In this document: positions 19,219-29,451 of the stretch, in pieces
Layout of the letters: every line of letters starts with the position of its first letter
Numbering within the stretch: the first letter of the stretch is position 1
Source: Nitrospirota bacterium
Lineage (GTDB): Bacteria > Nitrospirota > Nitrospiria > Nitrospirales > Nitrospiraceae
DNA length: 64,000 bases
Direction of reading: 5' to 3'
Assembly: GCA_963701855.1 (NCBI GenBank)
Contig: CAVPBK010000006.1
Location: forward strand, 640,001 to 704,000
Notes under the pieces: generated by a model
Told to the model about the DNA's origin: nothing
Databases searched by the model: none
The model's input: the letters and a program-made list of their open reading frames with translations, nothing else
Translations under genes and position numbers: made by a program

Positions 19219-19665
19219 ATGAAATTGCCGGATCTTCAGGACGATCCCTATCTGAAAGTGTTGCGGCCGCTGGTCGAAACCTATCTGGCCTTCTGGCGCA
19301 TCGACATCCGCCACATCAAATCTCTGCGGCTGACGCCCTCGCAGTTCGATGTCATCGCCACGCTGGGAGATACGGAGGGCATGACCTGCTCAGAACTCTC
19401 GGCCCATACGCTCGTCACCAAAGGCACGCTCACCGGCGTCCTTGATCGCCTCGTCGCCAAAAGTCTGATCCGGCGGGATGAGATGAAGGGAGATCGCCGT
19501 TGCACCAAGATCTCGTTAACCGTGAAAGGCGATGCGCTCTTTCGAAAGACCTTTGCGGCCCACTTGGCCTTTCTTCGTCCATTCTTTGAACGGGCCTTGA
19601 GCCCCGAAGAAGTGGACCAGACTCGCGCGCTGCTCCTGCGTCTGCGGGATAGCTTCCAAAAATAG
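19219..19665 (+). CDS. MarR-family transcriptional regulator
   Basis: LTPSQFDVI, TKGTLTGVLDRLV.K.LI.R, DRR...LT.KG. Confidence 0.9.
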   Translation: MKLPDLQDDPYLKVLRPLVETYLAFWRIDIRHIKSLRLTPSQFDVIATLGDTEGMTCSELSAHTLVTKGTLTGVLDRLVAKSLIRRDEMKGDRRCTKISLTVKGDALFRKTFAAHLAFLRPFFERALSPEEVDQTRALLLRLRDSFQK

Positions 19666-19751
19666 GTTGAGGTTAAGGCCGAGGCTCAGGATACAATGCA
19701 CCAGATACGCTATCACTCAGCCTCAACCTAGACCTCAACCTCTGTGAATCT

Positions 19752-20507
19752 ATGCGCGTCACCATCCTCGGCTCCGGCACGAACATACATCCCACGCGAG
19801 CAGCCGCAGGCTATCTCGTCCGCACCGACCAGACATTATTGTTGGACTTTGGCCCGCGCACCTTGGCGAATTTACTAAAAACCGGCGTGAACCGGCATCG
19901 GATTACCCACATTCTCTTCTCCCACTACCACGCCGATCACTTTTCCGACTTCATCACCTACTTTTTCGATGCGATGATCTTTACCAAATACCAAGGAGGA
20001 ACGAGACCGCCGCTCACGGTGATCGGGCCTCACGGGACGAAGAAATTCTTTCAGACCCTCTTCGCTACCCTACCAGGCTTCACGCACGCACCGTTCGCGG
20101 TTCATTTCAAGGACGTAGCCGATCGGGCATTTATGATTGGAGACACGAGAGTGATTCCCCGAACTGTGACCCATACGCAGAACCTCCATTGCCTGGGGTA
20201 TCGAATCGAATATGGAGGGAAGGCTCTGGCCTATTCCGGCGATTCTCAATACTGCGACAGCCTCGTGCGGCTCTGTGGAGACGTCGACCTCGCGGTGTTG
20301 GACTGTTCTTTCCCTGCGAGTCGTCCGAGCCCGGTCCATCTGCATGCCGGTCAATGTGGGCTGGTGGCAAAAGAGGCCGGAGTCAGCCAACTTGTCTTAT
20401 CGCACTTCTATCCGATTACCGACCGATACAATGTGCGGGAACAGGCAGGGGAAGCGTTCGGAGGAAGGATTGTGGTTGCGCGGGACTTGATGGCAATCAA
20501 ACTCTAG
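19752..20507 (+). CDS. MBL-fold metallo-hydrolase (RNase Z-like)
   Basis: ILGSGT, SHYHADH, YSGDS, LSHFY motifs. Confidence 0.88.
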   Translation: MRVTILGSGTNIHPTRAAAGYLVRTDQTLLLDFGPRTLANLLKTGVNRHRITHILFSHYHADHFSDFITYFFDAMIFTKYQGGTRPPLTVIGPHGTKKFFQTLFATLPGFTHAPFAVHFKDVADRAFMIGDTRVIPRTVTHTQNLHCLGYRIEYGGKALAYSGDSQYCDSLVRLCGDVDLAVLDCSFPASRPSPVHLHAGQCGLVAKEAGVSQLVLSHFYPITDRYNVREQAGEAFGGRIVVARDLMAIKL

Positions 20508-20724
20508 CAGGCTACTGAAAAAGCCGCCCTTCTCACCCGCCCAACCCTGGCGCGCCGAGATGCGCTTTTTCCCATGCTGCGTTCTCCCCTCGAAAGCATC
20601 CACAACGTAGCCCACTCGGAGAACAAGTTGTCTTGGCAGCTTGGGGTGGGCGGGTGAGAAATGCTACGCCTCCGGTGCTTTCTTCGGCTGCGGCCTTGCT
20701 GGACGGACTTTTTGAGCAGCCTGC
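20507..20724. repeat. Composite family A element (~220 bp)
   Basis: Ends GCAGGCTACTGAAAAAG / CTTTTTGAGCAGCCTGC; near-identical to 27558-27773; contains two inverted TTCTCACCCGCCC modules. Confidence 0.9.
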
Positions 20725-20839
20725 GTAGGTTTTTCGCACTATGGCTAGAAGCTATGAGTTCGTTGCGCGGGTAGCTATCTAGTCTGTCCTGTCTGCTTCG
20801 TCTCTCTTGTTCATCGCACCAGACAGACCTCTGCGCCGG

Positions 20840-21700
20840 CTAGAGTCCGCCTTCGCGGTTATCGCACCCCAGGATCTCGATGAATTTCGTCAGGCGGGCC
20901 TTCCTGAGGGGATCGTCGAGTTTGGCATAGATGGCCAAGAGGTTCTTGATCATGCGAGAGAGAATCGAGCGCACCGGACTCTGCTGCAAGTACTTCTCGT
21001 CAAATCCATAGCCGGCTTCCGTGAGAAACCGCTGGCAATTCTTCTCGGTCAACAACGCTCCTCCGTTGAAACAATCGACGAAGACTTTGTAGCGATCCGA
21101 TTCGTACTTCACTAAGAAATGGCCCGGCATCCCGATCCCATGAACCGGAAGACCCAGCCGCTTGCCGACAAGGAGGTAGACCGTCGAGAGGCTGATCGGA
21201 ATACCCGTTCGCCGGTCGATCACACAGTTGAGGTAACTATTTTCCAGCTCATAATAATTCTTCGTGTTGCCTTTGAAGCCCATCTCCGTGAAGAAGTACC
21301 GGTTCAACGTCTTGATCGTTTCCTCTCCAGAGGCTCGCGGACCGATCCGATCTTGTACTTCCTGCGCCATTTCATCGAGCTGTCGCGTATACGAGGTGAC
21401 AGACAGGGAAGGATAAGCATACCGGGCAATCAGAAAGGCGCCCTGTTCAAGATCCATCGGGCCATCGGGTAACGCCGCCAACTGCGTGAGTTCATCTTCG
21501 AGATTTCCACCACGGATTTCCTCGAGCACCGAGACAAGGCGGTCGGCCATTTCCGGCTGTTCGATTTCCGCTTCCTGAAGCAGGGGAACTGCAGTGGGGC
21601 CGATGTCGATGAGTTTCCCGCTGATGGTCCGGACGATCTTCTCGTCCTCATCGGCCAGCAGTCGGATCAGGGCCCGGATTTGGCTCTCGTTTACCAGCAT
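20840..21700 (-). CDS. SirB1/transglutaminase-like protein
   Basis: GFKGN..NYY..ENSYLN.VI.RRTGIPISL, GMPGHFL motifs. Confidence 0.85.
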   Translation of the reverse strand: MLVNESQIRALIRLLADEDEKIVRTISGKLIDIGPTAVPLLQEAEIEQPEMADRLVSVLEEIRGGNLEDELTQLAALPDGPMDLEQGAFLIARYAYPSLSVTSYTRQLDEMAQEVQDRIGPRASGEETIKTLNRYFFTEMGFKGNTKNYYELENSYLNCVIDRRTGIPISLSTVYLLVGKRLGLPVHGIGMPGHFLVKYESDRYKVFVDCFNGGALLTEKNCQRFLTEAGYGFDEKYLQQSPVRSILSRMIKNLLAIYAKLDDPLRKARLTKFIEILGCDNREGGL

Positions 21701-21726
21701 GGTGGGACCCCCGGAAAGCCCGCCCA

Positions 21727-22506
21727 TTAGCCCATCGCCCGACGGAATACTTTGGCGCTCCCATAGAGACAGAGGCCGTCGAATATCACCATGACGACCA
21801 CCACCATCCCGACATGCGGAAGCGCATCAGTCCAGCCGGAAAGGATCAACGGCCGCACCGCGTCGATCGCCCAGGTCATTGGATTGAAACGCGCCAGGAA
21901 CCCCATCCACGCAGGCATCCCCGCCAAGGGCACCAAGGCCGAGCTCAAGAAAATCATCGGGAGCGACAGAAACCCAAGGACCGAAAAGAAATCGCCGTGA
22001 CTTTTCACGGAAAAGGCCATCGCCATGGAAATCGCCGTGAGGCCGACGCCAAAGAGCATCCCGATCATGAGAATTGTGGCGATGCCGAGAAGCCCCGTCG
22101 CCGGCTGAACGCCGAACAGAAAGGCCACCCCGAGGATCACGAGCACTTGGAGCGAGGTAATCGTCATGACGAAGATGAAGCGGCTCAGGATCACGGAACT
22201 CCGATGGATCGGCGTGGTCATCAACCGCTCCAAAAATCCATTCTCCTTATCGAACAAGAGGTCGACGCCTCCGGCGAGTCCATTGTTGAGCACCGTCATG
22301 ACAACCACGCCGGCCGTCAGGAAACTGATGTAGTCCGGGGCCTGCGTCACTTGCACATCCGCAGCCCGCTGGAACAGGTTGCCGAAAAAGATCAACCAAA
22401 ACAGCATCGGCTGCACCAACGTGAACAACATGCTGAATTTCTCGCGGCTGAGCCTCCGGACCCACCGCATCGTCAACGCATGAATTTCTTGCCAGTACTC
22501 CGCCAC
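21727..22506 (-). CDS. ABC-2 type transporter permease
   Basis: QP.FW...FG, DKENGFLERL..TP, NPMTWAIDAVR; about six TM segments. Confidence 0.9.
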   Translation of the reverse strand: MAEYWQEIHALTMRWVRRLSREKFSMLFTLVQPMLFWLIFFGNLFQRAADVQVTQAPDYISFLTAGVVVMTVLNNGLAGGVDLLFDKENGFLERLMTTPIHRSSVILSRFIFVMTITSLQVLVILGVAFLFGVQPATGLLGIATILMIGMLFGVGLTAISMAMAFSVKSHGDFFSVLGFLSLPMIFLSSALVPLAGMPAWMGFLARFNPMTWAIDAVRPLILSGWTDALPHVGMVVVVMVIFDGLCLYGSAKVFRRAMG

Positions 22507-22515
22507 TGTCTCTCC

Positions 22516-23487
22516 TTATACGGTCTGAATATCTTGGACCGATTCGGTCATGGACCGCCCCGTATGGGCGATGAACACATCATCCAACCGCGGCCGGTGG
22601 TACTCGATAAATTCCAGTTGGCAATCCAATCGATTGGCAGACTCGAGGATCGCGGGCAGGGCCTTCTCGGGCGAATCGACCCGGATATCCAGGCCCGTCG
22701 GCGTCGCTTTCACCGCTCGCATCGCCGGTTGCCCTGTCAACGCAGTGACCAACGTGGGAATCTTACTCCGGTCCTTCAAGGTCAATGACACGATATCGCC
22801 GCCCAGCCCGATCTTCAGCTCAACCGGCGATCCGAGTGTCTTAATCTTGCCTCCATCGATGATGGCCAGCCGATCGCAGAGCTGGTCCGCCTCATCCAAA
22901 TAATTCGTTGTCATCACGATCGTCATACCGCGCGCCTTCAACATCCGCACATAGTCCCAAATCCTGAGCCGGCTCTGCACATCCAAGCCCAACGTCGGCT
23001 CGTCGAGGAACAAAATCTTGGGATCAGGCAAAAGACCACAGGCAATGTCGAGCTTTCGCTTCATCCCTCCAGAGTAGGTTTTCGCCGCGCGATCGGCAGC
23101 CTCTTCCAGATCCACGAGCTTCAACAATTCGGCAATGCGTCTTGCGGCCTCGGCCTTGGGCAAGTGATACAGGGCGCCGAGCAGTTCGAGGTGTTCCCGC
23201 CCGGTGAGAAAGCGATCGATGGCCCGTTCTTGAGGCACGTAGCCGATGAGTCGGCGGACGACATCCGCCTCGCGGACCGTATCGTGGCCCAATACGCTGG
23301 CCGTGCCGGACGTCGGCGTCAGCAGCGTGATAAGTGTCCTGAGCGTGGTGCTTTTCCCTGCTCCGTTCGGCCCCAGCAGACCGAAAATCTCGCCTGCATA
23401 GACCTCAAACGACAGATCGGAGACGGCCGTATGTTTATCGTAGGCCTTCGTGAGCCGGGACACCTGGATCGCAATGGCGCGATCCAT
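22516..23487 (-). CDS. ABC transporter ATP-binding protein (DrrA-like)
   Basis: Walker A GPNGAGKST, YSGGM, Walker B LFLDEPT. Confidence 0.93.
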   Translation of the reverse strand: MDRAIAIQVSRLTKAYDKHTAVSDLSFEVYAGEIFGLLGPNGAGKSTTLRTLITLLTPTSGTASVLGHDTVREADVVRRLIGYVPQERAIDRFLTGREHLELLGALYHLPKAEAARRIAELLKLVDLEEAADRAAKTYSGGMKRKLDIACGLLPDPKILFLDEPTLGLDVQSRLRIWDYVRMLKARGMTIVMTTNYLDEADQLCDRLAIIDGGKIKTLGSPVELKIGLGGDIVSLTLKDRSKIPTLVTALTGQPAMRAVKATPTGLDIRVDSPEKALPAILESANRLDCQLEFIEYHRPRLDDVFIAHTGRSMTESVQDIQTV

Positions 23488-24176
23488 CAGCCCCGGCCCT
23501 TCGCGCCAGATTGGTCGTGCATCATGAACTCGATGAGGTCGTTGAGACGGCGGGCTTGTTGGTGAAGACTGTCGGCTTCCAACAGAAACTGCTTTTCCAA
23601 CGGCGTACACTCTAAATAGGTAGATAGGGTATTGACGAAAATCTCGTCGCTGACTTCTTCCCGGAAAAACTCCTGCCATGTGGGCGCGTCGTCGCGGGAC
23701 CGGAGATAGGACTCCAGAGTGGTGAACAGGTGTCGGCGGACTGTGGGATCCAGCGACGTCTCTGTGCCACGAATGGTCACCGCGATCGTGGCCTCACGAT
23801 AGGCTTTGTCATACCACTCACGTTCAATCTCAAACCGCTCCAGCCCCTGCAGCAGGATGTTGGATCGGCCATCGGCCAGTGGCTGCACGCTGGCCAATCG
23901 ACCAGCACAGCCCATCGAGTACACGGGCGGATGGCCATAATAGTCCGTTTCCCATCCATCCTTGAGGAGGGCCATGCCGATGCACTGCCCGCTCATCGCC
24001 GCATCCGCGACCATGGCACGGTAGCGTGGTTCAAAGATATGCAGGGGAAGATAGGTCTTGGGGAACAGCACAACGTTCGGAAGCGGAAACACCGGAATCC
24101 GAGCCGGAATGGTAAACGGCACCGCACTGTTGGGCTGGTCACGCCCCGGTTGCTCTCGCTCATGATCGGTCTGCAT
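23487..24176 (-). CDS. LON peptidase substrate-binding domain protein
   Basis: IPVFPLPNVVLFP...LPLHIFEPRYR.M motif. Confidence 0.9.
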   Translation of the reverse strand: MQTDHEREQPGRDQPNSAVPFTIPARIPVFPLPNVVLFPKTYLPLHIFEPRYRAMVADAAMSGQCIGMALLKDGWETDYYGHPPVYSMGCAGRLASVQPLADGRSNILLQGLERFEIEREWYDKAYREATIAVTIRGTETSLDPTVRRHLFTTLESYLRSRDDAPTWQEFFREEVSDEIFVNTLSTYLECTPLEKQFLLEADSLHQQARRLNDLIEFMMHDQSGAKGRG

Positions 24177-24344
24177 GAAGCACGATAGCTGATGGTCGAT
24201 AAAGTTGTCAACGGCGAGAGATAGACATCACTCACCCGTCGAGTTGATAAAAACCCTTATCAACACAGGAGATTTGTGCCGGCTGCCGGAGCATGGTATA
24301 AGCGCACGGTGCGAGTCTTTCACCTCACGGACGATCCTTTACCC

Positions 24345-25478
24345 ATGCGAAAATTGCCGTGCTATCTCCGGCATCTCCTATTCCTTGCAGGCAGTCTGCT
24401 GGTCGTCGTGCCCGGACTCGCAGCCGATACTGCAGAGGAATTCCGCTTCGCCACGGAAGGCTATCGATATTCATTCCCGCGCGATCACGGGGCGCATGAG
24501 GAGTTTCGCACCGAATGGTGGTACTACACCGGCCAGGTTACGGCGAAGGACGGCAGGCCATTCGGCTATGAACTCACCTTCTTCCGCCGTGGCATGCCGC
24601 GCGATCAAACGAAAACCCTGCCGTCGCAGTGGGCCGTCACGCACCTGTACCTGGCCCATTTCGCCATAAGCGATCTCCGCAAGGGCCGGTTTTACTATGC
24701 AGATAAAATGAGCCGGGCCGGTTTGGGCAAGGCCGGTGCAACGCAGGATGGGCTCCATGTCTGGGTCGATCGGTGGAGCGCCGAATCGCCATCGGCTCCC
24801 CCCGGCACTCAAACCCTCCAGGCAGCAGACGGCGACATGGCCATCCAATTCACGGTCTCGCCGGAAAAACCACTGGTCATACATGGCACCAACGGAATCA
24901 GCCGCAAAGGCTCAGTCACAGGACAAGCCTCTCACTACTATTCCTTCACCAGACTGGCCACAACTGGCACCGTCATGATCGGAAATGAATCGTTCGACGT
25001 GACCGGCACAAGTTGGATGGACCATGAGTTCGGATCCGCCGATCTCGACAAGGATCTGGTCGGATGGGACTGGTTCAGCCTGCAACTCGACGACCAGAGA
25101 GAACTCATGCTCTATCGACTCCGCCGGGCAGACGGATCAGCCCATCCAGCCTCAAGCGGCACGTTGATTGACCGAGACGGACTGGGGCATCATCTTCTGC
25201 TCGAAGACTTCACACTCGAACCAACCAGTTATTGGACCAGCCCTGCGAGCAAGGCCCGCTACCCGCAGCGTTGGCGCCTGACCATTCCCTCACAACAGCT
25301 TTCACTGGAACTCGTCCCCCGCATGGCCGACCAGGAGCTTGCTCCCAAGCACAGCAAACAAATGATCTATTGGGAAGGCGCCATCGAAATGACCGGCACG
25401 GCGCAGGGAAAGCCAATCCACGGACAGGGCTATATGGAACTCACCGGCTACGCAGAACGGATCCCCGGTAAGTTGTAA
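24345..25478 (+). CDS. Lipocalin-like AttH/CrtC-family secreted protein
   Basis: FPRDHGAH..F.TEWWY, SHYYS, WMDHE, GWDWF, YWEG, GYMELTGY motifs. Confidence 0.88.
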   Translation: MRKLPCYLRHLLFLAGSLLVVVPGLAADTAEEFRFATEGYRYSFPRDHGAHEEFRTEWWYYTGQVTAKDGRPFGYELTFFRRGMPRDQTKTLPSQWAVTHLYLAHFAISDLRKGRFYYADKMSRAGLGKAGATQDGLHVWVDRWSAESPSAPPGTQTLQAADGDMAIQFTVSPEKPLVIHGTNGISRKGSVTGQASHYYSFTRLATTGTVMIGNESFDVTGTSWMDHEFGSADLDKDLVGWDWFSLQLDDQRELMLYRLRRADGSAHPASSGTLIDRDGLGHHLLLEDFTLEPTSYWTSPASKARYPQRWRLTIPSQQLSLELVPRMADQELAPKHSKQMIYWEGAIEMTGTAQGKPIHGQGYMELTGYAERIPGKL

Positions 25479-25515
25479 CAGGATTGGTCACCTTGACTCA
25501 GCGCTGAATCCTATT

Positions 25516-26583
25516 ATGATGAGGTCTCTCGCTACTACACCCATGCTGATTCGAACTGCCTCGCAGATCGCTCAACTCGCCTCTCTGATGCTCCTGTTGT
25601 TCTGTGTCGGCTGCGAGAAGGAAAGCCAGGCGATCGTCTCCATCGCGCTGCATCCGACGAACGCGAACATTCTTTATGTGGCCACGAACGACGCGGTCTA
25701 TAAATCACGCGACGAGGGCCGGTTATGGGAACGGTTCCCGAGTTTCAGCGCCAGACGGGTGACGACACTCGCTATCGATCCTGAATTCCCCGCCACGATC
25801 TATGCCGGCACGATGGCCGATGCCGTCTACAAGAGCCCGGATGGCGGCCAACATTGGCTCCCCCACAACGTCGGGCTCAAAGAGCACGTCTCTTTTATCA
25901 ATCAATTCGTCTTTCACCCGACAGACCACGATCAAATCTACGCCGCCACGACCGTCGGCGCCTTTTATACCAAAAACGGTGGACGTGAATGGGAAGAACG
26001 CATGGCCGGGATGAAGGAGGTCCACATCGTGGTCTCCATTGCCATTCATCCTCGCGATCCTCGGGTTCTCTATGCGGGAACGACAGGAGGGGTCTACCGA
26101 TCCGATAGCGCGGCAATGGAATGGAAGAAAATTAATACTGGACTGATTCCAGAACAGGAGCTGATGGGGGGAATGGCGCTGGGAGTGAATGTGATCGTCT
26201 TCGATGTGGTCAATCCGGACATCGTCTATGCCGGAACCACGAAGGGCCTTTTCCGCACCGCAACGCGCGGGGAACAGTGGGAGCGGATCGGGCAATCGCT
26301 CCCCGATCTGTTCGTGAGCAGTATCCTCCTCGACCCGACACAGCCGAAGACTCTCTACATCGGAGGGCCGGGGGGAGTCTGGAAAAGCTCCGACAGCGGA
26401 CAATCCTGGAGGTCAATCAACAGCGGACTGGGCTCACTCAATATTCGCACCCTGGCGATGAGCCAGCGCGATCCGCGCCTCCTCTATGCCGGCACGAATG
26501 GCAGCGGCCTCTACCGCTCGACTGATGCCGGCGCAGCCTGGACGTCCCTGCCGCTCAAAGCCGCACCTCCAGGCGCAGGCTGA
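25516..26583 (+). CDS. BNR/Asp-box beta-propeller (YCF48-like) putative lipoprotein
   Basis: Repeated YKS.D.G..W Asp boxes; possible lipobox CVGC. Confidence 0.85.
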   Translation: MMRSLATTPMLIRTASQIAQLASLMLLLFCVGCEKESQAIVSIALHPTNANILYVATNDAVYKSRDEGRLWERFPSFSARRVTTLAIDPEFPATIYAGTMADAVYKSPDGGQHWLPHNVGLKEHVSFINQFVFHPTDHDQIYAATTVGAFYTKNGGREWEERMAGMKEVHIVVSIAIHPRDPRVLYAGTTGGVYRSDSAAMEWKKINTGLIPEQELMGGMALGVNVIVFDVVNPDIVYAGTTKGLFRTATRGEQWERIGQSLPDLFVSSILLDPTQPKTLYIGGPGGVWKSSDSGQSWRSINSGLGSLNIRTLAMSQRDPRLLYAGTNGSGLYRSTDAGAAWTSLPLKAAPPGAG

Positions 26584-26650
26584 GGTTGAGTTCAAGGCTG
26601 AGCGAATACACTCCGTATTCCGGCTCAACCTTAGCCTCAACCTTAACCTT

Positions 26651-27134
26651 TTAGTATCCAGTCTTCGCCCCCGCGCCACCGTGTTGGTATCGACTGCTGT
26701 AGGCCAGCATCTGGTCAGACAAGGCCTTCCACTCCTCGACCGTCATGAGGTCCTTCATCCTGAAACGGAGTGAGAGAATCTTCGCGGCCGACTGCATCCG
26801 CAAATTGTTTGCGTCATCTAGGACTTTGGTGAACTCCTCCGGAGTCGCCGCGTAGTTTGCGCTCAACTCATACAGCCGGCGGTGCCCCGCACGCTCCTGC
26901 TCGCGGCTGGCTTTCAATTCCGCAACGATCTCGCTCACGACCGATTTGACTTGTCCGGCTTTCTCCTGATCTTTAACGGTCCGATCGATCAAGGCCGTCC
27001 ATGTCCTGCTGGCCTTTCTGCCAATAGGCATCGCCTTTACCTCCACCGGACATCCCATAATGATAGTGGGACGAACAACCGGCCAAGGCGAGCACGGCAA
27101 CAATTCCAAGAACATATCGCTGAATACGCTTCAT
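26651..27134 (-). CDS. Lipoprotein (helical), interrupted by a 1-bp frameshift near 26999
   Basis: ATG at 27134 reads MKRIQRYVLGIVAVLALAGC (lipobox)...WQKGQQDM, then continues in another frame as TALIDRTVKD...GAKTGY. Confidence 0.7.
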
Positions 27135-27212
27135 TTACGAGCCTCCTTGTATATAAGTATGGATAACAGGTTGTCGCAACGACGGTACTTCCCGTATCAT
27201 CATTCGGCCATT

Positions 27213-27557
27213 ATGTCTGAACCTGTTGCTTCCTCACCCGATCACACCTTAGCTCTTCGAGAGGAGTTCCGTCATCACCTCGAAACATTCTACGCCCGGC
27301 TCAAGCTGGCGCCGCCCTATGAGAGCGTCGAGAAGGCTGTTCGTTCCCTCACGACCTCAGTTCACGCATTGCCGCCGTTGGAGCGAGCGCGTCTGGCCAC
27401 CGATGCGACCGCGCGATGGCAGTACTTTTGCCAGGCCTTTGAATCGTCCGGGCTCAGTAAGAAGCATCGAGGCATTATTGCAGGTCTTGCCCGCAACCGG
27501 TCCAGCCTGAATCTTCCCGCCGAATACGATCTATTCCTGAATCTATATCTCTCCTAA
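27213..27557 (+). CDS. Hypothetical protein
   Basis: Clean ORF, divergent from the lipoprotein gene. Confidence 0.65.
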   Translation: MSEPVASSPDHTLALREEFRHHLETFYARLKLAPPYESVEKAVRSLTTSVHALPPLERARLATDATARWQYFCQAFESSGLSKKHRGIIAGLARNRSSLNLPAEYDLFLNLYLS

Positions 27558-27773
27558 CAGGATGCTGAAAAAGTCGCTCTTCTCACCCGCCCGACCCCGA
27601 CGCGCCGAGACGCGCCTTTTCCCGTGCGGCGTTCTCACCTCGAAAGCATCCTCAACGTAGCCCACTCGGAGAACAAGCTGTCTTGGCAGCTTGGGGTGGG
27701 CGGGTGAGAAATGCTACGCCTCCGGTGCTTTCATCGGCTGCGGCCTTGCTGGACAGCCTTTTTGAGCATCCTG
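27558..27773. repeat. Composite family A element
   Basis: Ends CAGGATGCTGAAAAAG / CTTTTTGAGCATCCTG; near-identical to 20507-20724. Confidence 0.9.
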
Positions 27774-27778
27774 CTAAT

Positions 27779-28399
27779 TCAGACGGGCAATCTTGTTCCT
27801 TCGAGCACCTCCCGGAGTTCTTGATACACCATCGTAAGCCGGGCATTCTCCAGCCGATACGCAAATACGACCGTAATGGCTCCTGAGAGTAAGAAAACAA
27901 CTCCCAGTCCTATAATCCCCACCGCCAACACTACTCCACCGGATGCCGTCATTTCTCCCTCGATGAACAACGAGATCACAGCCCCCACCGTACCCACCGC
28001 CACCACGGCAAACCAGATACCGGTGAGAAGAGCTGAAGACCAGGGAGTGAGCTTTCGGCAGAGCACCGCGAGCGCGTCGCCTTCCGGAGACAGGGAGATC
28101 AACCCTTTCAATGGCCACAGGGTTCGGAAGCCTAGGGCGAATAGCCGATATTTCTGACGAATCACAATCTGGTTCAGATCCTGATACAGCCGGGCGGTGC
28201 CATGCGGCAATGTCAAGAAACCGCCGGCATCAAACCGGTCCGCCAGCTGCTTCATGGTCGTATGCGTGAATCGGTCGTGCGTGCGGGCAATTCCACATCC
28301 ATACCGGCTCGCATCCGGCGTGAGACGCATGAAGTAGAACCAGTCTCCAAGAATAAGGCCGAGACACAACGCACCGGCGAAGAGGCCAGCGAAGATCAT
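27779..28399 (-). CDS. Hypothetical membrane protein
   Basis: Three hydrophobic segments. Confidence 0.7.
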   Translation of the reverse strand: MIFAGLFAGALCLGLILGDWFYFMRLTPDASRYGCGIARTHDRFTHTTMKQLADRFDAGGFLTLPHGTARLYQDLNQIVIRQKYRLFALGFRTLWPLKGLISLSPEGDALAVLCRKLTPWSSALLTGIWFAVVAVGTVGAVISLFIEGEMTASGGVVLAVGIIGLGVVFLLSGAITVVFAYRLENARLTMVYQELREVLEGTRLPV

Positions 28400-28637
28400 G
28401 CTTGTACCTATCCCATAGGGGCCACAGGTGAATCAAGGGACGGAACCGAGATAATTTGTTGACTCGTCGCAATGAGTTGGCTACAGTAGCCCGACGTGTT
28501 GTTCAGGCGGGTCCCCTCGCTCCACTCAGGTGCTCCGCCGCACAAAATTTCCCTTTCCTGTAGTTGCGGCAGTCGACTCATCCCTCGCGTGTCGAGGAAC
28601 GCAAGTCGCCTATCTATAATGTGGAGTCGGAGGTGAT

Positions 28638-29369
28638 ATGGATTTAGCAAAGATCGAGCGCGTCTATACATCATACGCTAAGATCTACGATCGGGTTTTC
28701 GGGAAAGTGTTTCACGAAGGGCGCCAGTCGATCATTCAGAATTTAAACGTCCAGCCTCATGAAAAAATCCTCGAAGTGGGAGTCGGAACCGGCTTGGCCC
28801 TGCCGATGTACCCCCGCCATTGCCAGATCGTCGGCATCGATTTTTCAGAAGGCATGCTGGATCAAGCGAAGCAGAAAGCGGAAGAACACCGGATGGGCCA
28901 CGTACAATTGCACCGAATGGATGCCGGCGAGATGGAATTCAAAGACGATAGTTTCGATACCGTCGTCGCGGCCTACGTTGTTACTGCTGTTCCCGACTAC
29001 CGCAAGGTGGTCAGTGAAATGATTCGCGTCTGCCGACCCGGCGGACGGATCATCATGCTGAATCACTTCGCCAACGACAATAAGGTCATCGCCGCTGTAG
29101 AGAGAGTGCTTTCTCCTCTCACGAAGCACTTAGGGTGGCGCACGGACCTGGCACTCCAAACCGTGCTGGATGGGACGCCGCTGCACGTCGCCAGGAAGCA
29201 AAATGTGAATCCGTTGCGGCTCTGGGCCTTGGTGGAATGTGTGAACAAGAAGAACGTAAACGGCAAGACACACATCAACGGCGTGAAAAACGGCAACGGC
29301 ACCGCGGCCTACGCACACATCAACGGCACCCGTCTGTCGGAACAGGCCAGCGGACAAGCGCTAGTCTAG
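28638..29369 (+). CDS. Class I SAM methyltransferase (PmtA-like phospholipid N-methyltransferase)
   Basis: YDRVFG, LEVGVGTGL, GID.S..ML, RVCRPGG, LNHF motifs; GGAGG RBS. Confidence 0.85.
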   Translation: MDLAKIERVYTSYAKIYDRVFGKVFHEGRQSIIQNLNVQPHEKILEVGVGTGLALPMYPRHCQIVGIDFSEGMLDQAKQKAEEHRMGHVQLHRMDAGEMEFKDDSFDTVVAAYVVTAVPDYRKVVSEMIRVCRPGGRIIMLNHFANDNKVIAAVERVLSPLTKHLGWRTDLALQTVLDGTPLHVARKQNVNPLRLWALVECVNKKNVNGKTHINGVKNGNGTAAYAHINGTRLSEQASGQALV

Positions 29370-29451
29370 TCTCGTTTGTCTGGTTCAATCAGACAAACGA
29401 GACAAACCAAATAAACTAAATACCTGCCTTGTTCCGCCTTGCCTTTTCGCC

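Noticed and set aside
21814..22788. 324-aa antisense ORF (also 58895-59680 and 59671-60531)
   Set aside because: Antisense to well-supported conserved genes in GC-rich DNA.
28400..28637. Possible riboswitch upstream of the methyltransferase
   Set aside because: Some complementarity but no recognisable aptamer consensus.
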